The position numbers and the translations under genes were made by a program. The notes under the pieces are model-generated. The model made no database searches. It was not told the DNA's origin and was given only the letters and a program-made list of their open reading frames with translations. A stretch of DNA of 63,986 bases, the filler included, from Lenisia limosa (taxonomy: Eukaryota; Protista; Breviatea), in assembly GCA_001655205.1 (NCBI GenBank). It is 10 parts of 10 records of this genome, joined end to end, with 100 filler letters (N's around TTAATTAATTAA, not from the genome) between each part and the next. Parts side by side here need not be neighbours in the genome. Positions count along the whole stretch, not along the records: positions 36,898 to 42,108 come from LPNZ01001850.1; positions 42,209 to 50,390 come from LPNZ01007220.1; 8 more parts are not named here. The stretch is one strand, 5' to 3'. Below are positions 37,129 through 50,345 of this stretch, one piece after another (the first letter of the stretch is position 1; the number at the start of each line of letters is the position of its first letter).

Positions 37129-38830
37129 TCCTGCGGCAACTTGTCGAGAATGAGGAAGTTGTCCTTATTGACACCGATGAGATCGGAGGGAGCAAGGTCC
37201 TTGGTGGGGACCAGGCCGGGGATGGGCAAAAAGACCGTCTGAAACATGAGCTCATGTACACAATATCATTTAGTATACATAAATATACTATGTATCTATG
37301 TGGCTACATAGAAATGCAAAATAAAAACAAGGCTGTATCTGACCGAAGCCGTCCTTGCATAGTAAGATCTTCAGTTTCTAACTTTAAATATTGTATGGTA
37401 TGCGTAATATCTGTGATTGTTCAAAAATCTGTCTGGATAGTGAGCTTTTGTGCAGGTTAAAGTTCCACACAATACCTGTCTGCTAGTCTTACCACCACCC
37501 ACTCACTCCTATGTCCATAATTAGGCCTGACCCACTCCCCTGTCTTTACACAGTCCAACCCCCCTCACCTGTCTGTTAGTCGTCTTCACGACAGCGGCTT
37601 TGTCTTTGGTCTGAGACTCCATATCTATTCCGCCCTCGTCAAGCTCGTCCGCCTCCTCATTGTCCAAATCAAGAAGCTGGGGAGAGGGTAAAAGAAGCTG
37701 GGGAAAAGAAAAAAGTTCAAAATTAACTCTGTTGGCTGATAACACTCAAGGTGTTGAAATAAAAAAACAATGCCCAGGCCAGTCGCTCTGCAGCACCGCA
37801 TCCCATCAGCGGGGACGGGGGAGTAAGATAGGAAAATTTTATGAAACAACAAAAGAAGACAGCTTTAAAAATGAACGTTTTTATTGGGAAGGGAATTATT
37901 CAAGTTTGTGAAGGATATTATATTTATCAAATGTTGATAAATATTAGCTGATTTTGTACAAAACCTCCAAAAAACTTGAGAGATATCGAAAAATACGATA
38001 TGTAGAAAGTAGGGCTCCACTTCGGTTCGAAACAAAGACTGAATTTCCTTTTTTAAACCGAAGTGAAGCCCAAGTAGAAAGGGACAAACTGAAGGGAATT
38101 ATCAGGGAACATCTCTCTCTGCCGTCCTTCATGCCATGGTTGATTATATAATATTAAAAGGGAAATAATGTCTGGCCGACGCCGTCCATACGATAAAATC
38201 ATGACACAAACACCAATTTGCCTTAAAACTCGAACTAGGGTGATGCGTGCAAGATAAGAGTGAAAATCTCAAAACATAGCTTTCACCATTCATCTTACGT
38301 CTACACAAACAAACAAACATCAACGACAACCGTCTTTCCCACATTCAAGTCAAATAAGGAAACCATCCACAAAAGGTTTGGGTTGGATTGTGGAAAACAC
38401 ACCAGCGGGTCTTTTACAAGGCGATTAACTATTTAACTAAATGATTACAGAGCTCCTGCTAACCTCCACAACGTTGGAAACAAGGTAAGGAAGCGACTTG
38501 CCAAGAGCAACCTTGGATGTGTTGTCGTCCAAATGCGCCTTCATTGTCTTTTGTATGTGGATCAGCCTGCTTGTTTTAGAGTGTTTTACGGGTCAGAAGG
38601 CAAGGGAACGAGGGAGAAAACCGATCAGGAAACATTCAACAAATGTTTCGAGATATTCTAAATCTAATCAAAGCCTAAACTAACCTGTTAACCTCGCTTT
38701 TGAGGATAGCAGTTTCGTTTGTCATCATCTGCGCTCTGTTCATAATCTCAGAGGCCGACAACGCTGTGATTTCTTCAGGCAGTCCTTCATCCTTAATATC
38801 CTCCCAAACATCTCCACCCTCAGCTTCCAT
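37129..38830 (-). CDS. PSMC3: 26S proteasome AAA-ATPase subunit RPT5/6A, N-terminal part only; the AAA domain is lost at the linker
   Basis: [58 protein letters not shown]|[25 protein letters not shown]|[10 protein letters not shown]...[19 protein letters not shown]. Confidence 0.92.
38010..38073. mobile_element. hAT-type MITE family A, internally deleted
   Basis: Both TIRs present; perfect TSD GTAGAAAG. Confidence 0.88.
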
Positions 38831-39134
38831 AATGAAGCTCTAAAATTTAGTGAACAGCAATCCAAAAATATAAACTCTAAAACTTATTAAACTGGCACTC
38901 TTATACACTCTAACACGCTATATGACTCAGCAATGTCTAAAAAGTTGAACAGTTGAACAAATAAAAAAATAAACATTTATTTATATTTTTGTGGGGTGGC
39001 GGCATCATTAATGTAGCATGATGTAAAAAAAATCCCAGCGCGGAAAAGCAGAGAAACAGCATGTAAGAAGTTTAGCAAGCTATACTAATTGTATTACTGT
39101 ATTAAAGGTATCACTAAAATGTAGATATCTGAAA

Positions 39135-40884
39135 ATGTCAAACGGTTGGTTTCCTGAGGACGCTTCCTCCCCTCATTCTGATTTATTAGATCCAAAAAAA
39201 GACTTTGATGCCGTGTTGTACTCGCCACACGCGTCTTATGACGTCTTCGCCTCCGAAAGCACTCTGATCGGAAGGAGTGATGATGCAACAATTCATATCT
39301 CAGTGAGTTTAGGGTTGTTTTTGGGTGGGCCGAGTAATAATCATTAATAATGCTGATATTTTTGAATGGTGTTCAAGTGTTTAATACTTTATCCAAAGCA
39401 GTCATTCTTTATTTGCTTTAGATAGTATCTTAAGCCTTTTAAGATTGCTCATTCATACCCAGTTCAGCAACATTGAATAGTACCGCAAACAATCATTTGG
39501 TTCTTTCTTTGTTCTTTTGTACATTCCGCTCACAGCTCAGTCAAAGACAGTGTGTCCTTCTCACGCGGTTATCACGACGGAAAAGGACGCCCTCAATCCC
39601 AACGAGGTGAGTTAAGGGTTGCAAGGTGCAGAGGCGGTAATACTCACCGCATGTCTATAGAGATTTGTTCTGAACACCCCCATATTTTTTGATAGTAAGA
39701 ATACTATATTATTCATTAAATGAAAATATTGGAGCGTAAAAAATGCACAGGGATAGCATAAGCCATATTTATGCGTTGATAATTGTGTTTTTGCTTCGTT
39801 TCTGTCATCTCTATTCGTTGCTGTATAATGCCTTTAAAGCTAGAAATACTCGTTAGTATATGAGATGGTCTGGAAACTCCCCTTTAACAGTATTACTAGG
39901 GATTCCCTATGGACCCAAAAAAGACTGAATTTCTCGATTTGACCGGTCTTTTTTGGACCGTGGTGAAGCGGTAGTTACTACATACAGTGCCTAATCAGCT
40001 GAAATCACTGCAAATGATTGAGTGAATTAATACCATATCCAGTATCTCTTATGAATGTGTTTCTCCCTCCCACATAGCATATTATATTAACATATTCCAG
40101 GTGGTCTGGCGTCTCAAGGACTTGAACACCCGCAATGGCACGTATCTCAACGGGAGGAGAATCCAGGGGTTGGCAGCTTGACAGTTCATTCTCAATATAC
40201 AGTGACCGGGATAAGTGTTGACCGATTTTCCTTGGGAAATTACATAGCAAATCGGTCAAGACTTATCCTGGTCACTGTATATTAACATATGTGTATATTC
40301 CAGGATTTTTTAGCATCGAAGGGCCCTGAATATCATTGATATTCAGCGCTGTCAGGCTATTTCTTCGGGATACCTTATTTATTTCTCATTTCTATAATAT
40401 ATATTATATATGTATACATATAGTATACTAGATAGATATCATACATATCATGGCTGATGAAACTCATGCTAAAATGAAAGTCTGTTTTGACCAGTTTCTA
40501 GGGTTACAGTTAACCTTCAGTCACATGACAACATTCGATTTGGTTTTGGTGAGGGGGGAAGAATGGAAATTTGTCGCTTGTTATCGAGGTCGACAGAATT
40601 ATGTTTTTTTGGAGGCAATGAATTATTAAATAGTTCGGAGGCCTCAGTCATTGGGGCCATTGGCAATGAAATTGGGAAAAAGGAACTCTTTTTTTACCAT
40701 CCTTGAAAAAGGACTCTTTTTTTCTCCAACACTCACTCCGACTTCAGAACCGAGGACATTCCTCTTCGCTCTTGCTGAAGATACTGACGCACAAACGAAC
40801 TGTTTGTTGGAAGCCCTCCCTCCTCACCTGCTTCAAGCCTTATTATCCCCCACCCCGCTATCAACTCTCGCCTCCTTTTTTTGA
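39135..40884 (+). CDS. FHA-domain protein
   Basis: TLIGRSDDATIHI, SKTVCPSHAVI, WRLKDLNTRNGTYLNGRRI, LQSHDNIRFG match the FHA motifs (GR, SxxH, NGT). The 3' end is tentative. Confidence 0.8.
39897..39973. mobile_element. hAT-type MITE, subfamily A2, internally shortened
   Basis: TAGGGATTCCCTATGGACCC...GGACCGTGGTGAAGC. Confidence 0.7.
40200..40277. mobile_element. Tc1/mariner-like MITE, 78 bp; further partial copies at 42746-42799 and 45260-45329
   Basis: TA-CAGTGACCGGGATAAG...CTTATCCTGGTCACTG-TA. Confidence 0.9.
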
Positions 40885-41077
40885 ATTCACTCCATCTACA
40901 ACCATTTTGATTTAAGATACGAAGCACACAAACAAAAAAATAACGATCTCCAACTTGGGCTACAGTTTTTCTTTTCGCAATTAACGTCTGCCTTTCTGAC
41001 ACATGAGTTTTATTTCAGTCACGTGTCACGTTTTGAAAAGTGGAAATTCCTTACAGTAAATACTTATATAGTGTGAT

Positions 41078-42030
41078 GTGACGAATATTGGTATAAATAC
41101 CTTTTTTACTTCAGATTTCAACATATCTTTAGGTTTTGTTTCGGGTTTTTCTAGAAACATTGTTAATTTTTTAGTACCCAAAACCAGCAAAACATCGCGA
41201 AGGCAGTACGATGGTGGGTTATCTATGGGTGATTTGGGGTTTTTTTTTGTTGAGATTTTCAGAATATTGTAGGGGGAACATGGAGTTTGGGTTGGGGTAT
41301 TTGTATTTTTATTTATTTATGATATGTATCATATGTATACTGAGCTTTATCATCAAGCAAGATTCTTAAAAATGTAGCGCCGGCAGGATTGCGGTCTTCA
41401 ATGGAATCCCATCAGGTTGGTGCTTTCTGGGGCCTCACTCCGGTCCGGGGCTGAACTTTACTATTTGTTGAGAACTTCAGTCTTTTTTTGGACCGAAGTG
41501 AAGCTGAATGTTATCAACCGCTGTTCATATGGCAGCACATATGATCTGGTATATTATTATGAAGGTAGCCGTGATGGTGGCTTTTTCTTGCTAGGTGTTG
41601 TGTTTTCTTCTTTTATTGCATTCATTTATCTCTCGGGTCTATGAGCCACATTTTTTTAAGGCAAATGATTGGGTGAATTAATATTATACTATTATCCAAC
41701 ATCTCTAATCAGCGTGATGGTGTGGAAGGCTTCAGCCAGATAATACCTTGTCTCTTTTATTGCATTCATTAATCTCTCGGTTCTATCAGCAACTTTTTTT
41801 GTCTCCTCTACTGAATTTTCACCTCGTTCATCGAAGATATATTTGTTCATTGAAGATGTACGTCTTCTTTTGTGTTCTTGAATTTTCATTCTATATCATA
41901 TCATTTGTTGATTCAAAGCAAACAAACAAAACAAAAACGTTTCCCTGAATCTTACACTCCAGTTTGAAGCTACTGCCGGAAAAGGGCCTCTTTTAAATGA
42001 CCAAAACGACTCCACACTTGACAGGTTTGT
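41078..42030 (+). CDS. Possible 5' exons of an unidentified gene cut by the linker
   Basis: Short AG/GT-bounded open segments (APAGLRSSMESHQ, FEATAGKGPLLNDQNDSTLD). Confidence 0.3.
41429..41505. mobile_element. hAT-type MITE family A, degenerate
   Basis: GGGGCCTCACTCCGGTCC...CAGTCTTTTTTTGGACCGAAGTGAAGC. Confidence 0.65.
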
Positions 42031-42237
42031 CTTTTCTAAATGACCTTATTGTTGAGAGGTTTCTCTCTAAGTAGTGGTTTGCCCTTATTTGTTGAGAGTT
42101 TTCTCTCTNNNNNNNNNNNNNNNNNNNNNNNNNNNNNNNNNNNNNNNNNNNNTTAATTAATTAANNNNNNNNNNNNNNNNNNNNNNNNNNNNNNNNNNNN
42201 NNNNNNNNCCCCCCTCCCCCCATACCAGCATTTGGAC

Positions 42238-45200
42238 CAGGGACAAAGAAAGAAGGTTCGTCGCTCTCGTCTTCCCAGTACACGATGTTGTCCGCTAGCT
42301 GGTCAATGACATTCCCAATGGGGAAGGCAGCGTGCCAGGATTCGAACAGCGGGTAGACCTGAAAGGGGGCGGAGTGAGAGACATGAAACTTAATTAATAT
42401 CTAGAAGTGTAGAGGGGCTGAATTAAAATATGGACAATTTTAAGAAATAAGGGGGTGAGCGACTTGAGTTTACATTTTTTGTAAAGTATCAATTGAAACT
42501 AGGATCATAGAGATCCGGCAGCTGACTGTACACAAAGAAAAACACCCACAGAAAACGACAGAAAAGAGTTACAATAATCATGTGGAAGGGTAAGGGGGCT
42601 GAATTAAAATCTGGACTTTTAAAAAAATAAAAAGGGGGGNNNNNNNNNNNNNNNNNNNNNNNNNNNNNNNNNNNNNNNNNNNNNNNNNNNNNNNNNNNNN
42701 NNNNNNNNNNNNNNNNNNNNNNNNNNNNNNNNNNNNNNNNNGAGAAAGTCTTGACCGATTTTCCTTGAGAGCAAGTCGGCAAAGACATCCCGGTCACTGT
42801 ATATAAAACAAGTATTAAACACATGTAATTTTTTAATGCAACAATATTTGTTTAAAAGATAGGAGAGGCGAGCTGGAAGGGGGGTTGGTGAGAAATTAGA
42901 GGGTTTGGGGTGTTCATTGAAAATCAGTAATAGATTGACTTCAACTACTGTTTTTTTGTAATATGAGAGATAAGAATACTACAAGTTGTTATGAAATAGA
43001 AGGGAAAGGGTGAAGAAACATACCACAAATTTCAGGAATCCAATCTGCGACTTGGCGATTTGCGAATCCTCTCGGTCCATAAAGGGCGAAATTGGGAAAG
43101 ACTTCTCTCGCTCCTTATCTCCCTTGAGTGGTCAAGAATAAGCTAGCAAGAAAAGTAACCCATTCATTACTTTAATTACAAATCTAAAGCCCCATTTTAG
43201 AAGAATATTGGTATTTATTATGATAGTTTAAGTAGAGAATATAAGTGGGACATATTCAAACACAAACGCAATAATAGACCCTTCTATTTCAAATTACATG
43301 TATTATGTCAATTAATGACATAGTGCACCCACTTGACTGTAGAACTCCATCATGAGGCTCTGGACCCATATTTGGTGCTGGTACAATTCCTTGCAGTTGT
43401 GCCCAATATCTGCCATTTTGATAATCACCTGGCGAGGGGGGGATAAACTTGACAGATTTGAAAATAAAAACAAAAGGCTCATAATTAACTTTGTTTCTTG
43501 CAACAAAGTAGGAGGCAAACAAAACTCAAACTTTGATGTGTGTGTTAGTAAGGAGGGTTGAAAATAACATAAACAAAAAAAAACGAAGCCGAAGTCAGTC
43601 ACTTTTGCAGCACCGCATCCCATCACTCCATCGTTGTAGGGGGGGGGGGGNNNNNNNNNNNNNNNNNNNNNNNNNNNNNNNNNNNNNNNNNNNNNNNNNN
43701 NNNNNNNNNNNNNNNNNNNNNNNNNNNNNNNNNNNNNNNNNNNNNNNNNNNNNNNNNNNNNNNNNNNCAGCAATCACAAAACTTTTATATCACTTTGACA
43801 CGCGCATACTGTCATATTCCACACGTATCCACCCGCATGATAATTGACTGACAATAACATTGAAGTAAACTCGCGATAAACTACCATGTTATCTTTATTC
43901 ATTATTTGGCCTCCAAAGTCAGTCATATGATCACTTGTAGAGACGGGTCAAATTGGGTCTGTGATCCGAAAAGGGCGATAACTATCGATAGTTTTCGAGA
44001 ATTTATCGAGAAATTATGTCTTGATGCTCTAGGGTCAATAACCTAGCATACCTGCAGTGCCAAAAAGCGATCACCATCATCGTTTAGCTGGATGGCTGAA
44101 ATCGTTAGATTTTGTCTAGTCACGGAAAATATTATTTAACGAGTTTTAAGGTAAATGATTGGGTGAATAACTATTATACAATGATCCAAAATCTAATAAG
44201 CGTGATGATGTGGACCGCTTCGTTAATATACAACCTTTTTTTATTTCTCATCTCATAATATAATGTACTATAATATGCTTAAAAGCCACATAAATCCCTT
44301 TTAAAGCACCTACAAATCCCCTTAAAAGCCACTTAAATCCCCTTAAAAGCCTACCATTATCAGCGTGTGAGCGAGCGTTCCATTTTGATGAAATCTCAAA
44401 GTGTTGGGCCATGTCTGTCGATAGCACTGCAAAGAAAGTGTGATGTGATACTCTGATAAGTCTGATAAATAATGACAAGTCAATGGCTGATTGAGTAAAA
44501 ATAAAAAAAAAAGGGGGGGGGGTAAAANNNNNNNNNNNNNNNNNNNNNNNNNNNNNNNNNNNNNNNNNNNNNNNNNNNNNNNNNNNNNNNNNNNNNNNNN
44601 NNNNNNNNNNNNNNNNNNNNNNNNNNNNNNNNNNNNNNNNNNNNNNNNNNNNNNNNNNNNNNNNNNNNNNNNNNNNNNNNNNNNNNNNAAAAATAAACAA
44701 ACAATAACAAACACGAGGAACCAACGGGACTTGTCATTGAAAAGAGCATGATCAGTCCAATACTGGCCACGATAAGTTCTGACACGGATTTTGAACTCTT
44801 TCATAATCAATCGTGTCAGTACTTATCGCGGGTAGTGTATTTACGCTCTTTTGGCTTGGTAGGGTACGTCAAGGCCAAATATGAATATTTATCATCTGCC
44901 TATCAAAGAAGCACGGCTGCCCCCATTTCACAAAAAGTCCCCCCACCCATTTCAATAACAAGCTTCCTAACGTAGACGTTTTGTTCGTCATTAAGGTTGG
45001 CCAAAATGTTACAGTTTGGGCGTTGTTCCATCAAAGTGAAGGCTCTAAAAGCTTAAAATAACGCAGTAAAGCTTGCAATAATGCAATGTAAAGGTGAAAA
45101 AGAAAGCAAACAGTCCAAAAAAGAGTAATTGTTAACAACAAAATCTAGATTACCCCCCACCCCCTTCCCTCATAACGCCATCCCCTCTTTTTACTGAACA

Positions 45201-48200
45201 CCCTGTCCTACCTAGATAAATGGATATTTCCCCAACTAAAAGTACATATAGAATGTCCACTATGACCGGGGTAAGTCTTGACCGATTTATTTCCCAAGGA
45301 AAATCGGTCAAGACTTATTCCGGTCACTGTATGTATGTACCACTCTACATACCTGGATACATGGACATTTTCCAAGACCGATCGGTCGTTGTACATAACG
45401 GCTTCGTTTGCCTTACTGGGGTGTGAGGAGGTTCAGAAGGGAGGTAAAACACTTGTTATGATCGACAACAGGGAATCAAAACACTGAGCTAACACAAGGG
45501 AGGGGGGATAAAATTGGGAAATTTATGAAGCTAAAGACCAGAATCAACTCTGATGGCTGATAACCATCGAGAGTTTATGACAATAACAAAACAAAAAACA
45601 AAGCCCAGGCCAGTCGCTTCTGTAACACCGCACCCCATCGGAGGGGGGAGGGGGGTGAAACGAAAAGAAATTTCGATGAGCGTAAAATTTTTGATAGCGA
45701 ATTTGCCATTCCCCAAAACACTCACCATCGAATCAAAAAGTTGTTGTTCACACCAGGGTGGTAGTAATCGTGTATTGAGGCTGCAAGGAGGGCTGAGAGC
45801 CTAGAGGAAATGGGGAGTGAAACTGGTTTTTTTTTGGGGGAGGGGCAAAAAAATATAAATAAATCCAGGGAAATATCATAAGAATACATAGGGTACCAGA
45901 ATAAAATTACCATATGAAACAAAAATAAAAACATCAACACCAATGGTACTCGTCCACGGACTAATGTCAGTGGGATCCCAGCGATCTTTCACTCAAACAA
46001 AAAATAACATAAACACCAGAATTAACTTACTTAAACATGACACTAGATGTACATATCCCCCGCACATATCCAGGGCACTCCAGCCGTAACCGGTTCGAGT
46101 CATGAGGTACCAAATGGACACCATCTGCAGGGTAAATGGGGGGGGGGGTGAATTGAATTGAAAGAGTTAAGCAGAGAGAGAGATAGAGACTAATANNNNN
46201 NNNNNNNNNNNNNNNNNNNNNNNNNNNNNNNNNNNNNNNNNNNNNNNNNNNNNNNNNNNNNNNNNNNNNNNNNNNNNNNNNNNNNNNNNNNNNNNNNNNN
46301 NNNNNNNNNNNNNNNNNNNNNNNNNNNNNNNNNNNNNNNNNNNNNNNNNNNNNNNNNNNNNNNNNNNNNNNNNNNNNNNNNNNNNNNNNNNNNNATATAT
46401 GCATATATATCATATATATATATCGATATATCATATCATATAAAAAAACAATAGGTAGTATCAGTACGAAGACGTCCACACCATCACGGATAGAGATATT
46501 GAATAAACGCTTGGAATTCATTATAAATTTTCTAATTTTGCTTCAAAAAACAAACTCAACTCACCACGTCAGCCGCATGGACAGCGTTGTGATAGGGGTT
46601 GTTGTTGTAACCTTTCTCGATCTCTCTGAAGAAACGCCGACACACCATTCGATCCTATAGAGGTTAAATAGGACGCTTCGGCCCTGTAGAGTCTTCAATC
46701 TTCTATGGGTTCGACTGATATTATGTAATCCTCTCATTAACACTTAATAAAAGTTGAAAAACGCTCATCAAGGGAGCAGGGATTGTTCTTCCGTCGCACG
46801 AATAGTGTTATAGTGGTTAAATATGGTTGAAAAAGAGAGTGGTTAAGCCAGCCATACTCTAAGACATCTCTCCCGTCACCTACCAAGGTCAGTTCGGTGA
46901 AGAGATTGCAACGTCCAAAGATATACTCGGCTAAAACAGAGAGCGAATGGCCTGCTGAGTGAGAGAGACGGGAGTTATTATAAACGATGGATCCTATGAT
47001 TAGAGCTCCTCCTCCAAAAAACAACCACTGTCAATTTTGAAACCCGTATGGTAGTGTGTTTATGGTATCCCTATGTGTATATTTGTTTCCCTGTATTTTT
47101 AATGTAATATATTATTTCTCTTCCTCAAAAAAACCTCATTTTGACAGTTGTTGACTCCCTCCCCCCACCATTCGACTCCTGGTGTAGCTCGAAGACGTTG
47201 AACGAGAAATCGCCAAAGCCGTTTAATATGGAGGAAGCAGGGGTCATGAGGTCAGCCTGGGGGTTATTCAGTACGGATGATACGGGTTATCCTTGAGGGA
47301 GTAAAATTGAAAAGTTGATGAAACAAAAGGTAGCCCAAAATCATCTCTGTTCGCAAGACACAAACTATGATTGAAAACAACAAAAAAACACATCTTTGCA
47401 AGTAGGAAAATCCATATTATCGGTCTTTTTCGATAATCTTGCTCAAGTGATTCAATGACTAAGAAAAGGTCTAATACTTTTTCACAAATTGTACTGAAAA
47501 AAAAAAACAAGGACAAAAAAAATTGGAAACCATGGGAAAAGACAGGAAGTTACACTCGTCTAACCTGGGAGTCTTGAGGAGTAGTCATTTTCAGGGCTTT
47601 TAGAAGGTGCTCTACAATGGTTAAATAAAGAAATACGGTATAGCTGAAGAAATACGCGGTATAGCTGATTAAACTTTTTAGAGAATTCCCATCACACAGG
47701 ATGATACTACTACCCCTCCCCCCATCCCCAAATAAAATAACCATTTCATGCCCATCCCCCAATATCATCCATCCGGGCACCTTTCCGTCCCCTGCTCGTA
47801 TTCAACTGCGCAGGCGAAGATGACGNNNNNNNNNNNNNNNNNNNNNNNNNNNNNNNNNNNNNNNNNNNNNNNNNNNNNNNNNNNNNNNNNNNNNNNNNNN
47901 NNNNNNNNNNNNNNNNNNNNNNNNNNNNNNNNNNNNNNNNNNNNNNNNNNNNNNNNNNNNNNNNNNNNNNNNNNNNNNNNNNNNNNNNNNNNNNNNTTAT
48001 AATATTGACTAAAAAGTAAGGACAGATCAAAAACAGGTCAATAATTTTAGAGGCAGCACAGCACCTATTAAGACTATCGGCTAGCCAGGTGCGGGTCATA
48101 TCGTCCATTTTGCCACTGGGCTTGTCCAAGTTAACGGAATGGAGGTCACGGGTGTTTGACAGCGTAAATATGGCCTCCGAAAGCAATTCTAATGTATTAA

Positions 48201-50345
48201 ATATGATGGAACAAAGAAACAAAGATTGTTCTTCATATTTTCCTGAAGTAGATTTCATATTGTGACAGATCATCATTCAAAAGTTAACATCATTTCGGTC
48301 TCTGCAGCTCGGTAGATGGTACTTGATATCAACGTACTTTTTGATTTACTGTCTTTTATTCAATGATACAACATAAAAAATAATTGAGAATTTGGCAAGA
48401 AATAGGATTCGGGATTTTGGGACGTGAGCCTTCACGTCCCATCTGTCTGAAGGACTTGTCAAAAAAATCCCAAAATCCCAAAATCTATCATCTTACCGAA
48501 AATACACAAGGACGTCGCAAGCACCAGTATCTCACCACCTCCAACCATACAACCACTATTTTTAACCACTAATTTTCCGCTTTACTCTTCTTGTTCGCTT
48601 TTACAGACACTTAAACTCCCTTTTGTTAATTTTTGCTTGCATGTGATCAATAAACCAGGATAAACCAGAGATAAACGATTAAAAGTGATGGATAATATTT
48701 GTGGAAAGACAAAGACAACGAAATGTTTCCCACCCATTGGAACCGTTTTTTTTAAGGAAATCATTTTTGTAATTTGAAAAAATAGGACGCGAACCGAAAT
48801 CCCATTTTTTGCCATATCAAACACACCTTGGGAGGAAATAGTGCAGCTCTGCTCCACCGTTCGCAGTTTATCAATCACTGTCTCCAGGGGGGTGTTGAGG
48901 GAGTTGTTCTTTGTTTTGTCCATTTTGAAGAGAGATAGTCTGGGCAGTGAGGGGTGAAACTATTGGAATTTTCATTTCAAATAAAACAAACAAAATCAAT
49001 TGGAGGTACAATAATTCACTCAATGTGGCTTAGGGCTTCACGCCGATCCAAAAAAATGACAAAATTTTCGACAAAACACCGAAAGACATGTTTCAATGGT
49101 TTAATAATCCTTTGAGAGCAGGAGTAAGCCCTGGATATAATGTTGCAGTAGGCTATGCCTAGGGCTTCACTTCGGTTCGCAGAAAGGACTGACTGAGTAA
49201 CAAAAAGCCTACTCGTTTTTGAGGGTATTGGTTTTCTTCTTTTCCGATCTGAGAACCTTCATGGCCTTGTTTGCCCTTCGAGTTGCCATGGAGGTGTTAC
49301 GCTGGGTGGTCAAGGTTAGACATTGAGATACCCTATATCAAGAGTGAAAAGTGATGAAACAACAAAGTATTGCGCGNNNNNNNNNNNNNNNNNNNNNNNN
49401 NNNNNNNNNNNNNNNNNNNNNNNNNNNNNNNNNNNNNNNNNNNNNNNNNNNNNNNNNNNNNNNNNNNNNNNNNNNNNNNNNNNNNNNNNNNTATAGAACG
49501 TTTTAAAAAAACAACACAAACAAAGCCCATTTGGATGGTATAAATATCAAGATGAGAAATAAAAATAGGCTTTATCTGGCCTAGGATGTCCACATCATCA
49601 AGCATATAAGAGACATTGGATTAGTATAGTATTAATTCACCCAATCATGTTACGTAATCTTATGAAAATTGGAATGTTATGCTGTGGTAATAGTATGCTA
49701 TGAGGCTACTCATTGATTTTACAAAAAAAATAGAAATCCTATTTGGGGGTTGTTTAATTGGGAACCAGTTTCAACGTTTTCCGAATGGGGTTATTTTTAG
49801 GACTTTGTGAAATTAATTTTGAGGAAGTTAATTGAAAATTGTGGAATAAATATATTACCTGAAATGAAGTTTTAATTTCAATATGTCACAGTTCACATTA
49901 TTAATTCTCACTTTATTGCATAGAGCCCGATATTTTAGTGTCGAATTATAAGAAGCACATCTTTGTAAGAAATAGAAATGCTATCATTTCCCATGAATAT
50001 TCGAAGATTATTGTTATTGTTTGAATGCAATACCTCCGCTACTCACCTCGTGTCTCCATCTCCACTGATCAATGAGATAGAGGCTGTACACAATCGCAAC
50101 TATACAGATATCTGTAGAGTAAATACTAATCATATATAAGAGATCCAGAGATTACATGGAGGGAACAGCAATACCAGGGCTTTTACTCTGATCCAAAAAA
50201 CGACTGAATTACTGTTTACATCTTTATATCTATGTAGTATATTATAAAGGTCAAGATAAGAAAACAGAAATCAGACAGATTCACTCTAGACCCCACAATT
50301 TCAGCAAAATCGTAAGAGCATCAATATTTAGATTAACTGGGATAG
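42238..50345 (-). CDS. Class I 3',5'-cyclic nucleotide phosphodiesterase with an N-terminal hydrophobic region; truncated at both linkers
   Basis: FSFNVFEL, IEKGYNNNPYHNAVHAADV, AASIHDYYHPGVNNNFLI, MYNDRSVLENVH, LSTDMAQHF, IIKMADIG...EFYSQ|GDKERE...ISPFMDR...SQIGFLKFV, VYPLFESW...NIVYW. Upstream TM-like exon ICIVAIVYSLYLIDQW. Confidence 0.93.
49031..49195. mobile_element. Two adjacent hAT-type MITE family A remnants
   Basis: Degenerate full copy at 49031-49133 and a 5' fragment at 49160-49195. Confidence 0.65.

Noticed and set aside
21428-50345. Cyclase and phosphodiesterase as a cyclic-nucleotide gene cluster
   Set aside because: They are separated by four artificial linkers, so physical linkage is unsupported.
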